Of a DNA stretch of 37,468 nt, positions 9,101 to 20,358 are shown in pieces. Within the stretch, counting starts at the first letter, position 1, and each line of letters begins with the position of its first letter. The DNA is taken from positions 124,001 through 161,468 of the forward strand of contig BAAIJX010000052.1 in NCBI GenBank assembly GCA_054600435.1. Reading direction: 5' to 3'. A program made the translations under genes and the position numbers. This DNA is from Neophaeotheca triangularis (lineage: Eukaryota). The notes below the pieces were generated by a model. That model worked only from the letters and a program-made list of their open reading frames with translations. It was not told where the DNA came from and searched no databases.

Positions 9101-10189
9101 GCTGCTCGTGCTGCTTTGGAAGGCGACGATACAGCAGAACCGGTTGCGGAGCGTGAAGCCGAACAAGGTGCGGCGCAACAACATCCCGGCAACGATGCCA
9201 ACGGCGAGGAAGAAGACGGCAGCCTGCTCCTATTGAAGAGTGATATTGCTCCCAAGAAACCCAAGGAGACTGGACCCTCCGCTTACGAGCAAAAACAACG
9301 TGATGGCTTCATCCTCACCAGCAAGACGAAGAAGGCTATGATACCGGTAGAGCGTGACGAAAACTACGGCTATCGCATCAAAACAAGCAAACAGGTGCAA
9401 CTTGCACCAGCTGAGAAGAGGAGACAGCCACGACGCAGCAACGTAGATTACGAGGAGATTGATGTTGGTTCCGATGAGGACGAACAAACCGAGAACTTCC
9501 TTTCTCAAAGCATGAACGGCGCCAGCGCCAAAACCAGCGGAGGGGCCAGCCGTCGCGCCATGCCTAGCTATCTCCAAAATAAGCACGCTGCTGACGACGA
9601 CTTGCCGGACGAACTTCCCGATGGGTACCGCGATCAAGACTCCCATGACAGGCGAGAGAGGCGCAAAGAGCTGAAACTCGCCCGTCTAGCCGCCGCCGGA
9701 GAAGCTTCACCGAACAACCAAGGCCACTCCACCACGAGCGGTAAAAGACCCAGCATGCGCCCCGCCACCACAACATCCAACACCCAAAACGATGACGACG
9801 ACCAGTTCATGGACATCGAGGAAGCAATGTCGCAACCACCTGCTCCTCACTCTCTCCCAAACAAGCACAAAAAAGGAACCATCAATGGCACTTTCGCCCC
9901 CGCCGCCTCCGCATCTTCCACCGCCAGTCCCGCCAAAGCCAAACCTTCCCCCGCCACGGCTCCATCGGGCAAACGTCCGCGCGGCCGTCCCCGTAAGTCT
10001 GGGAATTTGCAACCGGCTGCTCCAGCTACGAGCACGTCGTCTGCGCCCAGGGTGCAGGATGAGCAGGAGAAGAACCGGCTCGCGAAGTTGGAGCTGCTGA
10101 ATGGTGGTGGTGCTATGGTTATTAGTAGTGGGGAGAGCAGTAGTAGTGAGGGCGAGGATGAGGAGGGGATGGATAGTGTGAGAGCTTAG
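6179..10189 (+). CDS. JmjC-domain chromatin protein with Cys-rich zinc fingers (zf-4CXXC_R1-like) and a C-terminal AT-hook; resembles Neurospora DMM-1; ~1336 aa
   Basis: First ATG of the long ORF is at 6179. JmjC core YLKDIDCP..YIGHEGTYTPAHREMCASLGQN..QRPGDLILIPPLAPHQVWN (HxE..H triad), CxxC clusters, SCHVC..SCPHCLGIC, and KRPRGRPRK AT-hook. DMM-1 orthology is inferred from architecture only. Confidence 0.88.
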   Translation: MPAQTPRASFQPIPPNFDVKQLVESTNNFSYVDRISYDMIEQQGQAAFERLVTLHVVVGGKPLVIDGFDELLDPWTFSAKWLRDNAGDRPENARNLTNKDSLPLTMAHYLKNMGLLTNQFFDEPGAYAEKKRQRVYLKDIDCPEVWENKLKEHIPSSLFYLNDSTGEHGGLGSVPDPNSNVPGRRLGKGIARAGDLMSSLPPEMRAENLMCYIGHEGTYTPAHREMCASLGQNIMVEASKTVSDEGKAEKPGSSLWFMTESKDRHTVSEYWLSVLGHDIEVENHFAQVVAWKKAPFSVYVVEQRPGDLILIPPLAPHQVWNRGTRTMKVAWNRTTVETLEMAINEALPRSRIVCRDEQYKNKAIVYYTLQKYSSLLALAQQQASRMPADAADELLSKGKVRQLAKDFKRLFYLYRQILLSEMFNPEDRDNPKALEYLPFDSHVTCAYCRGNIFNRFLSCPSCKDLLGHHADNEDGDPYDVCLDCYAMGRSCGCLSNLKWVEQFRWKELSAKYESWRKLIIALEGGTTEKTPLPINEERKRYGKRTLAEVCKLQLKRRPFKDVVKPTKDAKSSESEEEIDMNDDGTVKKIKKKRSPAWLKSNHSCHVCLKRHPAWKMASCTTCDRWWCYGSLFRGWDKMPLEIMENPDFSCPHCLGICFAGSCRREGKGVPYEPKGTLLGHDTKKVADVRSVEALVDFSHSNLNWLKDNEEARTGETTRLKRARAEAQRAKEADPSLDDDEAHHEQPDGGVDQSRVDFEYSPGAEAIDPALGGAPPRQDPNIDPGLDDSDDAIAARLQQAMLPPPAAMVAGAPAHSAPEGYTPVGSAGYAPPAAQMYQQGEDGEYSYPEPYQRPQSIEPTGDDGNANGRKRSRQANEDDDYGDEDMVMSFKPKPKKPRLAVAGFRSTDLADGATASNKAKSEAQRQFEKEKERKAVDKAKAEGRFIMLQARLKGKRRIVQLKVPGARLAQLLAQQAARAALEGDDTAEPVAEREAEQGAAQQHPGNDANGEEEDGSLLLLKSDIAPKKPKETGPSAYEQKQRDGFILTSKTKKAMIPVERDENYGYRIKTSKQVQLAPAEKRRQPRRSNVDYEEIDVGSDEDEQTENFLSQSMNGASAKTSGGASRRAMPSYLQNKHAADDDLPDELPDGYRDQDSHDRRERRKELKLARLAAAGEASPNNQGHSTTSGKRPSMRPATTTSNTQNDDDDQFMDIEEAMSQPPAPHSLPNKHKKGTINGTFAPAASASSTASPAKAKPSPATAPSGKRPRGRPRKSGNLQPAAPATSTSSAPRVQDEQEKNRLAKLELLNGGGAMVISSGESSSSEGEDEEGMDSVRA

Positions 10190-10858
10190 CTGTCTGTGGT
10201 GAGGGGAGTTACGAGGTTGTGGTTTGTGTGGTGGCTTTTTGCGATGATCTTCGTGGAGGTGCGGAGGGACTCCAAAGAGGAGGCATGGCCATGATTGCGA
10301 GCCTGTCTCGGCTCTTTCGATGAGAAGAGTGAGAAAGCAGTGTCGGGAGAGAGTGCAACCTCTGTGGTTGCATCTTACCCGAAACGACTGAAATGTGCAA
10401 CGAGTGCGAAGAGACAGCATCAGTATTAATAAGTAGTATTAACCCTAGTCCTGGAAGGACGGATAGTGTGTATACCATAAAAAACATCAATATGAACACA
10501 GTGCTTGCCTGTATGATTGATGCCTCGTTGTACAGGGGAATTTTCGCTCTACATGAGTATCGGTCGTGCATCTTGAGGGTTTGTTTCCTCTGTGACTGAC
10601 GGTAAGACGAGGACGTACATCTCTAGCTCAAGCTCCCTACATACTGACTTGTTGACATCAGAAACACTCGCCCGGAGTCGAGCACTACCTGAACCCCTCC
10701 CCCCCCGCCCATACAGACGAGTCCTATATTCATCCCTTCAGCGGCCAGACTGCAGGATATAGACACACTCTCACGCCCAACGCGTTGCCGCACCCTAACT
10801 CAAACCGTACTCCAACCCTGTCAGTCTGTCCCCGAACCAGGCGTTCCCCAGTTCAAGA

Positions 10859-12798
10859 CTACCACATGAACCTCTGCACCCTCCCGGGCTCACTCTCCCA
10901 CTCGAACCCCCGTCTCAAAAACAGCCACCCCGTTGCCAAATTCACAACCACAAACCAACCCGTCTCAGCCCACAAAACGGGATTTTGCGCTTCCCACCAC
11001 TGCGACGCGCTCTGGCGGCGGTTGTTGTTCTTGCGGCCGCTGCTAGAAGCGGAAGGCACGGGCTGCTGGGTGGGCAGGTGCAGACGCCAGAAAATCCAGG
11101 GGAGGAGAAGGTAGCGGGGTTCGAAGAGCGGGGCGGTTGTGAGTTGGAGGCTGGTCGTAAGGAGGTACAGGAGGAGGAAGGGGAGGGTGGTTGGCGTGGA
11201 GGAGGTAGGGAGGACGCTGGCGGCGTTGGATGGGCTGGGTGGGTCGATGGTTCGGGGGGCATTGGTGTTGGCTTCGGGCTGAGAAGGTTTGGTTGCCTGT
11301 ACCTTGGTTTGGGGGCTGGATTGGGAGGGATTGGTTGTAGGGCCGGGCGCCAAGGTGCGGTTTCGCGAGCCGAGGGTTTGTATCGCTGCCCATGCTGTTA
11401 GCAGATAGATTGGAGTTACTGCGTAGCGGACCAGTGGGTGTGTGTTGAGGAGGAGGCGGAAGATGTAGAAGGTGTAATGACGGTTGTCGGCGAGTGTGAA
11501 TGGGTGGACAATGGTGTTGAAGCGGATTGCTAGCATTGCGATAAGAGCAATGACAGCTAGGAGCAGGCGGCGTGGGAGGAAGTCTCGACGGCGGAAGATA
11601 AGGAGTGATTCGAGGGGGAAATTGCCGACTGAAGCGAGAACGGGAAGGATTAGTAGGTACGGGGCTAACAGCGGCCAGCTGAAGAAGGCGATGTAGGGCC
11701 ATATGTAGAGCATTTGCGGGAAGTGGAGGGTTGCCGTGTGATTTGACTTGTCCCCAAGGACCACGCTACCGTTGTAAACGATGAAAGAGCCGAATATGAC
11801 GAGGGTTGTGATGTAAGGAGCCAGGCGAACCAGCAGGGTGAGCAGGCCCTGCGGCTGAGAGATGGTTCTGAGCGTGCTGACTGCGATTGATGCGATGGTC
11901 TTGAAGATTTCTTCGAGGAAGTGTTAGCAGATTGGCAAAATCGGCACATATTCGTCAACAAGGCGTACCTCCCAAAGACGCCTGCCGTACAGGTGGTGCG
12001 TAGACGACATTATGTTTCCAGCTTGTTTTAATCACGCTCGTGAGAGAGTCGCCAAAACCCTCGGCTCTCCGGTACATGCTTTGCCTGATCACTGCATGGC
12101 CTCTATCCACCTCGCGGACTAGCGTTATACCAGCGGGGAATATGGCCACCCAGAAGATGTTGGTCTGTCTGAACAGCAGACTGATGACGCCGCTGAAAGT
12201 TAAAAAGAGGCCCTGGGATCCACTCGGCGGCCAGCTTTCTTTATGTGATGTCTGGAAAAGGTACCAAAAAAGCATGACCGACAGTGTTGAGGGGATGTCG
12301 GTGTAGTAGAGGCCGGAGAAAAAAAAGAGAGGTGGGAAGAGGGCGATGTTCAGCGCGTTATGCCAAGCGAAGCCCTCGAGATCGTTGCGGCCATTCGATC
12401 CATCGTCAGAGACCTGCGCAGAGTAGATCCCAAAGACGACGAAAAAGAGCCCTAATAGAGAAGCGGCTGCTACGAGTCTGAGGCTTGAGATGTCGCAGCC
12501 TAGGACGGGTTTGGCCAAGACCGAGAGGAGGTAGAGACCAGGTGGCGTGGTGATTTTCGGATCCCATACATCGAAGTTGCCTTTGCAGTACTCCTGGGCT
12601 TGACGGACGTGGAACACTTCATCCTATGAAGAGACTCGTAAGAACTTGATCCGGTGACCTACCTTTTAAGGCTACGTTGGTATGGTGACCTACTAGGTAT
12701 GGATCCGGTACTGTGGTCTGGACTTGGTAGAGCCAGAGGGCAACACTTGCACTGAGCAGGACATACGCCAGGGTGATAGCAGTATTTCGTGGAGCCAT
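10859..12798 (-). CDS. ALG10: Dol-P-Glc:Glc2Man9GlcNAc2-PP-Dol alpha-1,2-glucosyltransferase (DIE2/ALG10), 3 exons, ~603 aa
   Basis: Exons 12798-12694, 12623-11969, 11910-10859; introns 12693-12624 and 11968-11911. Motifs VPDPYL|DEVFHVRQAQ, WDPKITTPPGLY, FRQTNIFW, LGDKSNH, HPFTLADNRHYTFY, EPRY and terminal QRFMW. Confidence 0.95.
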
Positions 12799-13052
12799 GA
12801 CACCGATCCGGGCGCGAGTCAGTCAGCTCATATAGGGAGTCGCAGAGGGAGGGTGTAGGTTATGCAGAGGAAGGTAAAGTCAAGCATTCTGATAGTGTCT
12901 CACATCGACCCCTCATTGGCTGAAATCGACTTCACCCGTCGACGCGCCGGCTTCGCGTCTCCCAATATCATCATTGGACATACCAACACATCAATGTCCC
13001 GATAAACCCGTAGCAAAAGACGGGCAATGCCCAATACGACCACCTCCCAACC

Positions 13053-13915
13053 ATGGCGCTTCAACTCAACCCAGGCCTCACCCCCTCCGAGGTCGGCTTC
13101 CTCTGCGAAATGGAGCTCGTCACGGTAATCCCACGTCAACGCCTCGATGCGCTCGAGTTACTAGGAGTACGTTTGCCCTAGCATGCCGTAGGTCTTGCTT
13201 TTGCTTCCCAGACAAAACAACCAAGCCCCACTAACATTCTCCTCCCCACCAGGGCCCAACTCAACCCCTCACTCCGCCCTTCCCCACCACTCTCCCCCTC
13301 TGGCTAGCCCTCCTCCTCAAACGCCAAAACCGCGCCAACATTCAACCGCCCCCCTGGCTGTCCAAAGACAGCCTCCAAGCAATCCTCGAATTCGAGACCG
13401 ACGATCGCACAGCCGCAGTCTTTAGCCCGCACCCCCGACTCCCACGGCCGCAAAATGCCGCAAGAGACGACCGTGACCCAACCTATCTCGACTCAAACTC
13501 CAATCTCGAACCCTCGCCGCCCTTTCTCAAGGACGCCGCGACCTCTCGCGCTCAGGCCGATGCTTTGCCGTATCATTGGCTCGAGCTGTCGCATCTGTTG
13601 CTCAGTCACGCTGGGGATGATTTCGCGGACGCAGACGCTATTAAGAGGTTGTTGAGAGATTTGCAAGAGGTGAGAATGAGCAAGTTGCGGAAAGGTTTCA
13701 AGGTATTGGACGCTGGAGCGGGGTTGAAATTGAATGGTGTGGGGGGTATGGAGGTTGCGGAGGTTAGGGGGTTCGTGGGTGGGGTTGTTGATGGCCTGAG
13801 GAAGATTGGGAAATCGAGGGAGGAGTCGAGAAGGGAAGAGGAAGAAGCGGAGAATGGGATTGGTGGAGGGAGGTACGAGGACGATGATGATGACGATGAC
13901 GATATGCAGCTATGA
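13053..13915 (+). CDS. PSF2: DNA replication GINS complex subunit Psf2, 2 exons, ~258 aa
   Basis: Exons 13053-13166 and 13253-13915; intron GTACGT..CTAAC..CAG. Motifs [44 protein letters not shown] and [14 protein letters not shown]. Confidence 0.95.
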
Positions 13916-14378
13916 AACAATTGCATGGGTTTTCTCCTGAGCAAAGGATCACGACGTCCTTGTACCCAGACTCTGGGTCTGATGCCTGGGTATGGGGCTG
14001 AGAAGCTCTCGGAGTAACAGCGTGGCGACCCAAGGTGAACGATCACATGGAGATGAAGACCACTGATACAGCTATTGCTACTGCCGTCACTGAAACTCTG
14101 TGGAAGCTTCTCGTGGACGCCCCACAAGTCCCTCTATTCAGGTCAGCCAGACCTCGTAATAATACGGTGCCAAAGCAACGCACGCCTCCCAGCCTTCTAC
14201 AAGAGCTGCTTGTTGCTAACTGCTCCGTAGGAACACCCACCACCAGCACGTCTTTGCCTCATGGCTTTGTCCTTAGGCGAAGAATTCGCCGTGGAAAGCC
14301 GGCGGTTGGCGCCATGGGTTTGAGGATACCTTGAAAACGGTCAATTATGTCTCGAAAAAACCTGCATGCTTTTTGCAC

Positions 14379-14988
14379 TCACCGACAACGACGACAACAT
14401 TGACGTTTCCAGTCATGCAAGGCCTCCTGGAATCTTCGAATATCGGCAGCCCCCAACCTTCCGACGTGTGGATGCGTGAAGATTTCGTTGATGACTTTTT
14501 TCAGTGAACCGTGGAGCTTGAGGGGTCTCGTGTACTCTGTGGGTCCCTGATATCTCTTCGTCTTCTCTTTCTCAGAGAAGTCGATCTTCCAGGACCATTT
14601 CCTGTTGAAGATACCTCGGCCGCCTACAATGATGGTAGTGAGTTTCATGATGAAGCCCAGTTTTAGAGGGGAGATATTGAAGAAGGCGCCACTCGTGCCT
14701 ATTTCGCCCGCTGTATGCAGACTGTGGAGGTCTCCGAGGATGAACGTGCAGGTCGAGTAGAAGATTGGCAAGCTCTCGGTGCGCAACAGACTTGACACTT
14801 TGCATAGTGGTGGCTGAACGTGATTGGTGAGTAGGGTCGGAAGGCAGGAGAAGTACAACTCGTAAATCACCACTCTGAGCTCACGGCGGTAGGAGAGTGA
14901 AGCCGCGGAACGTGCAAGAATCGTCGGCGAACCAGAGGCGACTGACAAGCTCACAAAACTTCAAGCCGCTGATCTTACCGTGAATGCT
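14379..14988 (-). pseudogene. Frameshifted member of a fungal F-box-like (LPxELRxxIY) hypothetical protein family
   Basis: ADDSCTFRGFTLLPP in one frame joins ELRVVIYE..QPPLCKVSSLLRTESLPIFY in another via one extra base at 14883. The upstream frame is closed by TAA at 14991-14989 with no ATG in between. Confidence 0.55.
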
Positions 14989-15667
14989 TTACTTGCCAGG
15001 TGAATACATGACAACTGGACGGCCATGGGCTTGGATCAGGGGCGAGATAATACAAGGTAGATCACGCAAAGTATGAAGGTAGAAGCTATGTAGAAGTACG
15101 GGTCGTTCGGGACGGGGCCAAGTCCTGATAGCATGATCCTAGCTAAACACTGACTTCCGTCGCCTTCTCGGCTACAGCAGTCAACATTAAGCACTTCCAA
15201 ATGCCTTGGGGTCTCGTTCTGATTGATCCGGAGATCCTATCGTATGTGAACATTAGAGAAACCTATGTACAGTACAGCGGAGAGACAAAGAAGTTAGGTA
15301 ACCAAGAACGCCCGACGCCATTATAGAGAACAGGGGCGCACTGTTGCAGTGCCAAACCTCTTCATCTTCCTGCACACTGCAAGTGCTTCTCGTTCGCTCC
15401 GTCAGTCCCTCGGTCAGTATCTCTTAGTCTCAGGAATTGGCAGACAACTCCAGAAGCCGGACCGCGACAACCGCCATACCTACCACGCCTTACCATTACC
15501 ACGCCACGCTCGCGTTCACACCACTGGACGCCACGCCCACGCCCACGCCCATGCCCGCGGCCCCAAGCCATGCGATGTTGAAACCGCGAGCAATACTCGA
15601 GCCGTTGAGCTCTAGCATCCAGCCCCTCAGCCCCAGTACTTGGACCACCCGCTCGCTCGCTCCAGAA

Positions 15668-17453
15668 TCAACCAGAATTGTCCGCGCAAGAGAAAGGAGC
15701 CTGAGTGCTGTCATTCTCCGCTATAGCCATGCCAGCGCCGTAAAGTCCGAGCACGCACTGTCAAACCACAGACAAGCAAGTCAGCAAAACCTCCAAAAGG
15801 GAAACCCCTCTGCAGCCCTATCATTCCCGCAGCAAGGGCAAGGGGCGGAAAAGGAAAGGGACCAAGACAAAACTCACCATAACACCACTCAAAAGAACAA
15901 TCACCCCGTTAACCCCCAAAAGCAGCGCCCTCTTGACCCCATACCGATGCCCGACCTCATCCCTCCCCTCAGCCTCCCTCTTGCCGCGAACCGTCATCCA
16001 CATCCACAACCCAGCGGGAAACCCGAGCGAGAACCAGGTACAAAACCCAGCCCCAATTATGCCCAACATCTGGCTGAAAACGGGAATGGCCTCGCTGATG
16101 AGCCAAGCGGCGAGCCACAGCGCCGAGATGATTGCCCACCAGGAGCCACGAGCTTTGAGACCGCGCTCGGCCATGACGGCCGGGTTTTTGCGCCAGAGCA
16201 GCATGTAGCAGTTTTTGGCGGCGACGTTGGCGTTGATGACGCCGGCGATGACGATGGTGGGTGCCGCGATTCCGAAAGCGACTTTGCGGATCGTCGGGCT
16301 GGCGGAGCCCAGGGCTGGGGATTTGACGTCTTGGCCCGCGTAGTAGTAGATTACGACTGCCACGGTGATGTAGAAGCTTATGGCGACCGATTGCTGCATT
16401 GCGAGCGCTTTGGGGAAGTCGCGGGGTTTGCGCATTTCCGTTAGGAAGTGGAAGTAGGCGATGTGGCCGGTGAAGGCGATGATGATTTCGCTGACGGCCG
16501 AGGAGCCTTGGGCTAGGGAGGTTTGGGAGGATGGGGTTACTATGTATGCGGTTCCTTTGCCGGGGGGTTCGATGCCGACGCCGATCATGGTTACTAGGAC
16601 TGCGATGGCGATGGAGAGGCAGGCTGTCGGGTAGGGGTTAATTGTGGGGGGTGGAAGGGGGGGCGTGAGGGATGGGCTTACAGAAGATGGAGATGTAGCT
16701 TTGGGCTTTGAGGGTTCGGGGGATGGTTAGGATCAGCGATACGATTGTTCCCATCACCATGAAGATGGTGGTGCAAGTGGCGTGGTCGGTGAGGACGTTC
16801 ATCATGACGCTGAAGGTTAGCACGTGGGCGGCCATGACGAAGACGAGGACGAGTTGTTGGAGGATTTGTCCCATCCATTGTCCGAATCTTCCGCAGGTCA
16901 GGTATCCTGCGTCGGCGAAGGAGTTGATTGATGGGTACGCGGCCTTGAATTGGGACAATGCGTAGGCGGTATAGGTGGCCATGATGCCTAGGACGACGAG
17001 GAGTAAGACGCCCGGGACGAAGCCGACCAAGGAGATGGCGTGCGGGAGGGAGAGGATGCCAAGGGAGATGGTCTCGGCGATCATTACTGGAGAGATGATC
17101 AGTACAATCGTCTCACACTTTCACATTTCTTCAAATATTACGGAATCCAGCATGCCACCATTCCCTGAGTTTAGTCAGTAAAAGCTCGTCTTACACTGGG
17201 CAACCACCGCCAGCACTCACATGGTCTTGTAGTTAACAGCGGGAGCACCGTTGACATCTTGATCTCTATTAAAGGGGTCAGGCTGCTCGAGCGTGCCGTC
17301 GCCAGCACTCGCTATGGTGGTCTCGCCATCGCTCGCTTGTCGGATTTTGACAGCATCTTTCTCTTGATCGGTAATTTCGGGCGAAGTGCTGTCAGTGCGC
17401 TCGACCTCTTGCTCATGGGAGATTGTCCGGTCAAAGGGGTTATTCGTCGCCAT
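15668..17453 (-). CDS. Neutral amino acid permease (Aa_trans/AAAP family, Neurospora Mtr-like), 5 exons, ~498 aa
   Basis: Exons 17453-17221, 17164-17142 (23-nt microexon), 17086-16682, 16623-15878, 15757-15668, all with GT-AG introns. Motifs YKTMEWWHAGFLMIAETISLGILSLP, AFTGHIAYFHFLTEMRKPRDFPKAL, SPALGSA and terminal FSCADNSG. Confidence 0.93.
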
Positions 17454-18781
17454 GCTTGCGGTGTTGCCTCGACGTTGCGGGAAATCGTTGCTTGTGTCGA
17501 AGCTGAGGATCAAAAAGCTGAGCGGACGGGAGTGTTGGTTGTTCAGAAGAGGAGAAGGTCCGAAATAGAATGTGAAGTGCTTTTTGTGTGTCCAAGTTCC
17601 CCTCGTCTTGTGAGTAAGCTATTTGGTTAGGTTTGGGGTCATGGTGCTACTGTAGTCTGTAGCGAATGAGAGGCGTGATAATGGAAATGTGAGAGGCTTT
17701 TGAAGGGAAAGCTACAAATGCTGAGCTGGGAATGATGCGTGTATACGAATGGGAAGTGGATGAAAGGGACAGGAGTAAGAAAATAATCGAGTCCGTAAGA
17801 AGTAAGAAGAGACGTTGCCTTGTGTGTGCGTGTGCTCGCAATATCTCTTTCCTACATTGAGCCTTGAGGTAACTTGATGGCAGCGGCTCTTACCCATCTA
17901 CCATTAGACTCGCCTCCGGCCGGGCCTTTCATGGATGTTGCGGCGTAATAAAGTGTAAGGAGCGCATTCCAGCAAGCAGAGCAAGATTCCTACCTGACAT
18001 TACCTAGGCAAGGTAGGTAGTATTTTGATGGCATGAGCAATCCGAGGCATTCAGGTTCAGCTCTTTGCCTGCGTATTGATTGATTGTGCTTGAGATGGCA
18101 GTGAGCGCATTGGCAGTTCAGCCTCTCCTTTCGCATCGACTCGGTATTGTCTGGACTTATTGAACGAGAAAGTCATCTCGATCGTTAGAGGCCATTGTCG
18201 CCTCTACTACAAGTCTGCCTGTCGTGTTTAGACTAAAAGACTGATGAGGGTCGATGGGGTCGATGAGGGTCGATGAGGTAAGGTAGTCGGTTGATGGTAG
18301 GAGAATTGACGCTGAACTCCTCCACTCAGCCTCACGACAGCATTTCATTTGAATATTGATTGATCTAGGGTAAACAATAACGTATTCATTGATACCTCCG
18401 CCAGCGCCTACACGACAGGAGACAGGGCTAATAATCAATATCTTTTCTAGGTACAGTATGCCGCCAAGGTAGGTACCTTACTGTGCATGTACAGTACAGT
18501 AGGTAAGTACCTACTGTACATGAAGCAACATCGATGATTGCCAGCCACCACGACCGAGTCCCTCCTCTAGCCTACCGTAGCTCTCTCTCTCTCTCTCTAG
18601 CTGCACTCGACCCCGACCTCACCTCTCCTATAATCAATTTGGATCTGCTCATAATCATGTCACACATGTAGGTACACAAGAGCCGCCGCATTCACACAAC
18701 CCACCGTACATATAGCTCTGCCTCTTCCTTCTTGTTCACCAGCTTTATCACACTCCCAATCCCACCCCAAACCAACAAATC

Positions 18782-19650
18782 ATGGTCGAGCTACGCAAGC
18801 GCCCGGCGCCTCCTCCAGCTCCCCCTCCAGCAAAAAAGAAAGCAACCCCGAAGCCCAAGACAACAAAAGAGAAACCCACAGTCTCCACAACCACCCCGGC
18901 CGACCCTCCAGCTCCCACGGCACCCGAAGAAGAACCAACCCAAACCGCAATCCCCCTCAACGACAACCCAACCAGCGCTCCCAGCGCCCCCAGTGGCCCA
19001 CCAAACCCCAACGACACAATTTCCCTAACCGACTTCGGCGGCGAAATCCAAACCAACTCGGGCGAAAAAACCACCCTAGCCTCCCTCGTCCAAGCCAGCA
19101 AATCCGGCGTGGTCCTCTTCACATACCCCAAAGCCAGCACCCCAGGCTGTAAGCACGCGCCGCTCCCCCACCATCAACCCCACTAACGTCACTCGCAGGC
19201 ACAACCCAAGCCTGCCTTTTCCGCGACGCCTACACGCCCCTCACAACCACCGGCCTAAGCCTCTACGGCCTCTCCACGGACTCCCCGTCCGCCAACTCTT
19301 CTTTCAAAACTAAGCAGAACCTGCCCTACACTCTTCTCTCCGACCCGCAAGCCTCCTTGATCGGGGCCATAGGTTTCAAAAAGTCGCCAAAGGGCACGCA
19401 ACGTGGGGTTTTCGTCGTGGATAAGGCGGGGAAAGTGCTGGCGAGGGAGGCTGGGGGGCCAGCGGCGACTGTGGAGGTTGTGAAGGGTCTTGTCGGGAAA
19501 ATGGATGGGGAGGGGGAGGGATTGGAAAAGGCTGAGGAGAGGGTTGCTGAGGAGAAGGAGGGGACGGGGGACAAGGATAAGAGGGCTGCAGAGGCGGCGG
19601 CCGAGGTTGCGGATGATGCTGAGGCTGCGGGTTTGGATGCCAAGGTTTAA
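18782..19650 (+). CDS. DOT5: Peroxiredoxin of the BCP/PrxQ class (nuclear Dot5-like), 2 exons, ~272 aa
   Basis: Exons 18782-19148 and 19199-19650; intron GTAAGC..CTAAC..CAG. Splicing restores FTYPKASTPGCTTQACLFRD (CxxxxC). Basic N-terminus MVELRKR..AKKK. Confidence 0.92.
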
Positions 19651-20280
19651 ATTGATGGGGTTGAGGGGTGGTGCCGGGGGGGGGTAAGATGCCGGGGTTG
19701 TCGGGAGGTCTTTCATCTCATCTGCTTTACGTGACGAGGGCACGAGAATACGAAACTCACGGGCGCTTCGAGGTGGAGCGGATCCAACGAGTAGTTTCCA
19801 CGTCCATTTCTCATCCAACCCTTCTACGCCGCCACCACAACTCGGTAGGTACCTAGCTATCTCAGCATTCACAAGCACAGAAAAAGAGTACCCCAACCAA
19901 CCCCCCCCCCTTCCTCAAGACTCCACTATCCCCTCCAAGCAAAAACCGCAACCCAGCTGCGCCGGAACTGACTGGGCAGACCAGACCACATACCCCACCC
20001 CACCCCCCTCCCTCGCTCTACAGAAGTACCCCCTTATCGAGCACGACAACCGCTCCTCTCACCTCATCCCGCCTTCATCTCAAACCAATACCCCAGTCCC
20101 CAGTCCCCAGTCCCCAGTCCCAGCAGCGTAGATCACAAAACCCTCTTCTTTTGCCCTTTTTTTGTTCTTTGTTTTGAACCCAGCCAATCGCGAGTGTTTC
20201 GAACTTGTTTTCCTTTTCCCGCTGCGCTGCGGAGACCCGGGCCTCCTGTTGAGGGCTTTTTTCTTCTGGCATGTCCGGCG

Positions 20281-20285
20281 AGAGA

Positions 20286-20324
<39 letters not shown>

Positions 20325-20358
20325 CGACGTTCGAGGCTGAGGTCGACGTTCGAGGCTG
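20281..20358. repeat. (AG)n microsatellite (~20 units, one interruption) followed by a perfect 19-bp tandem duplication
   Basis: AG run at 20281-20322; AGGTCGACGTTCGAGGCTG at 20321-20339 and 20340-20358. Confidence 0.95.

Noticed and set aside
15437..16444. 335-aa + strand ORF
   Set aside because: Antisense shadow of the amino acid permease; non-ATG start, low complexity and no motifs.
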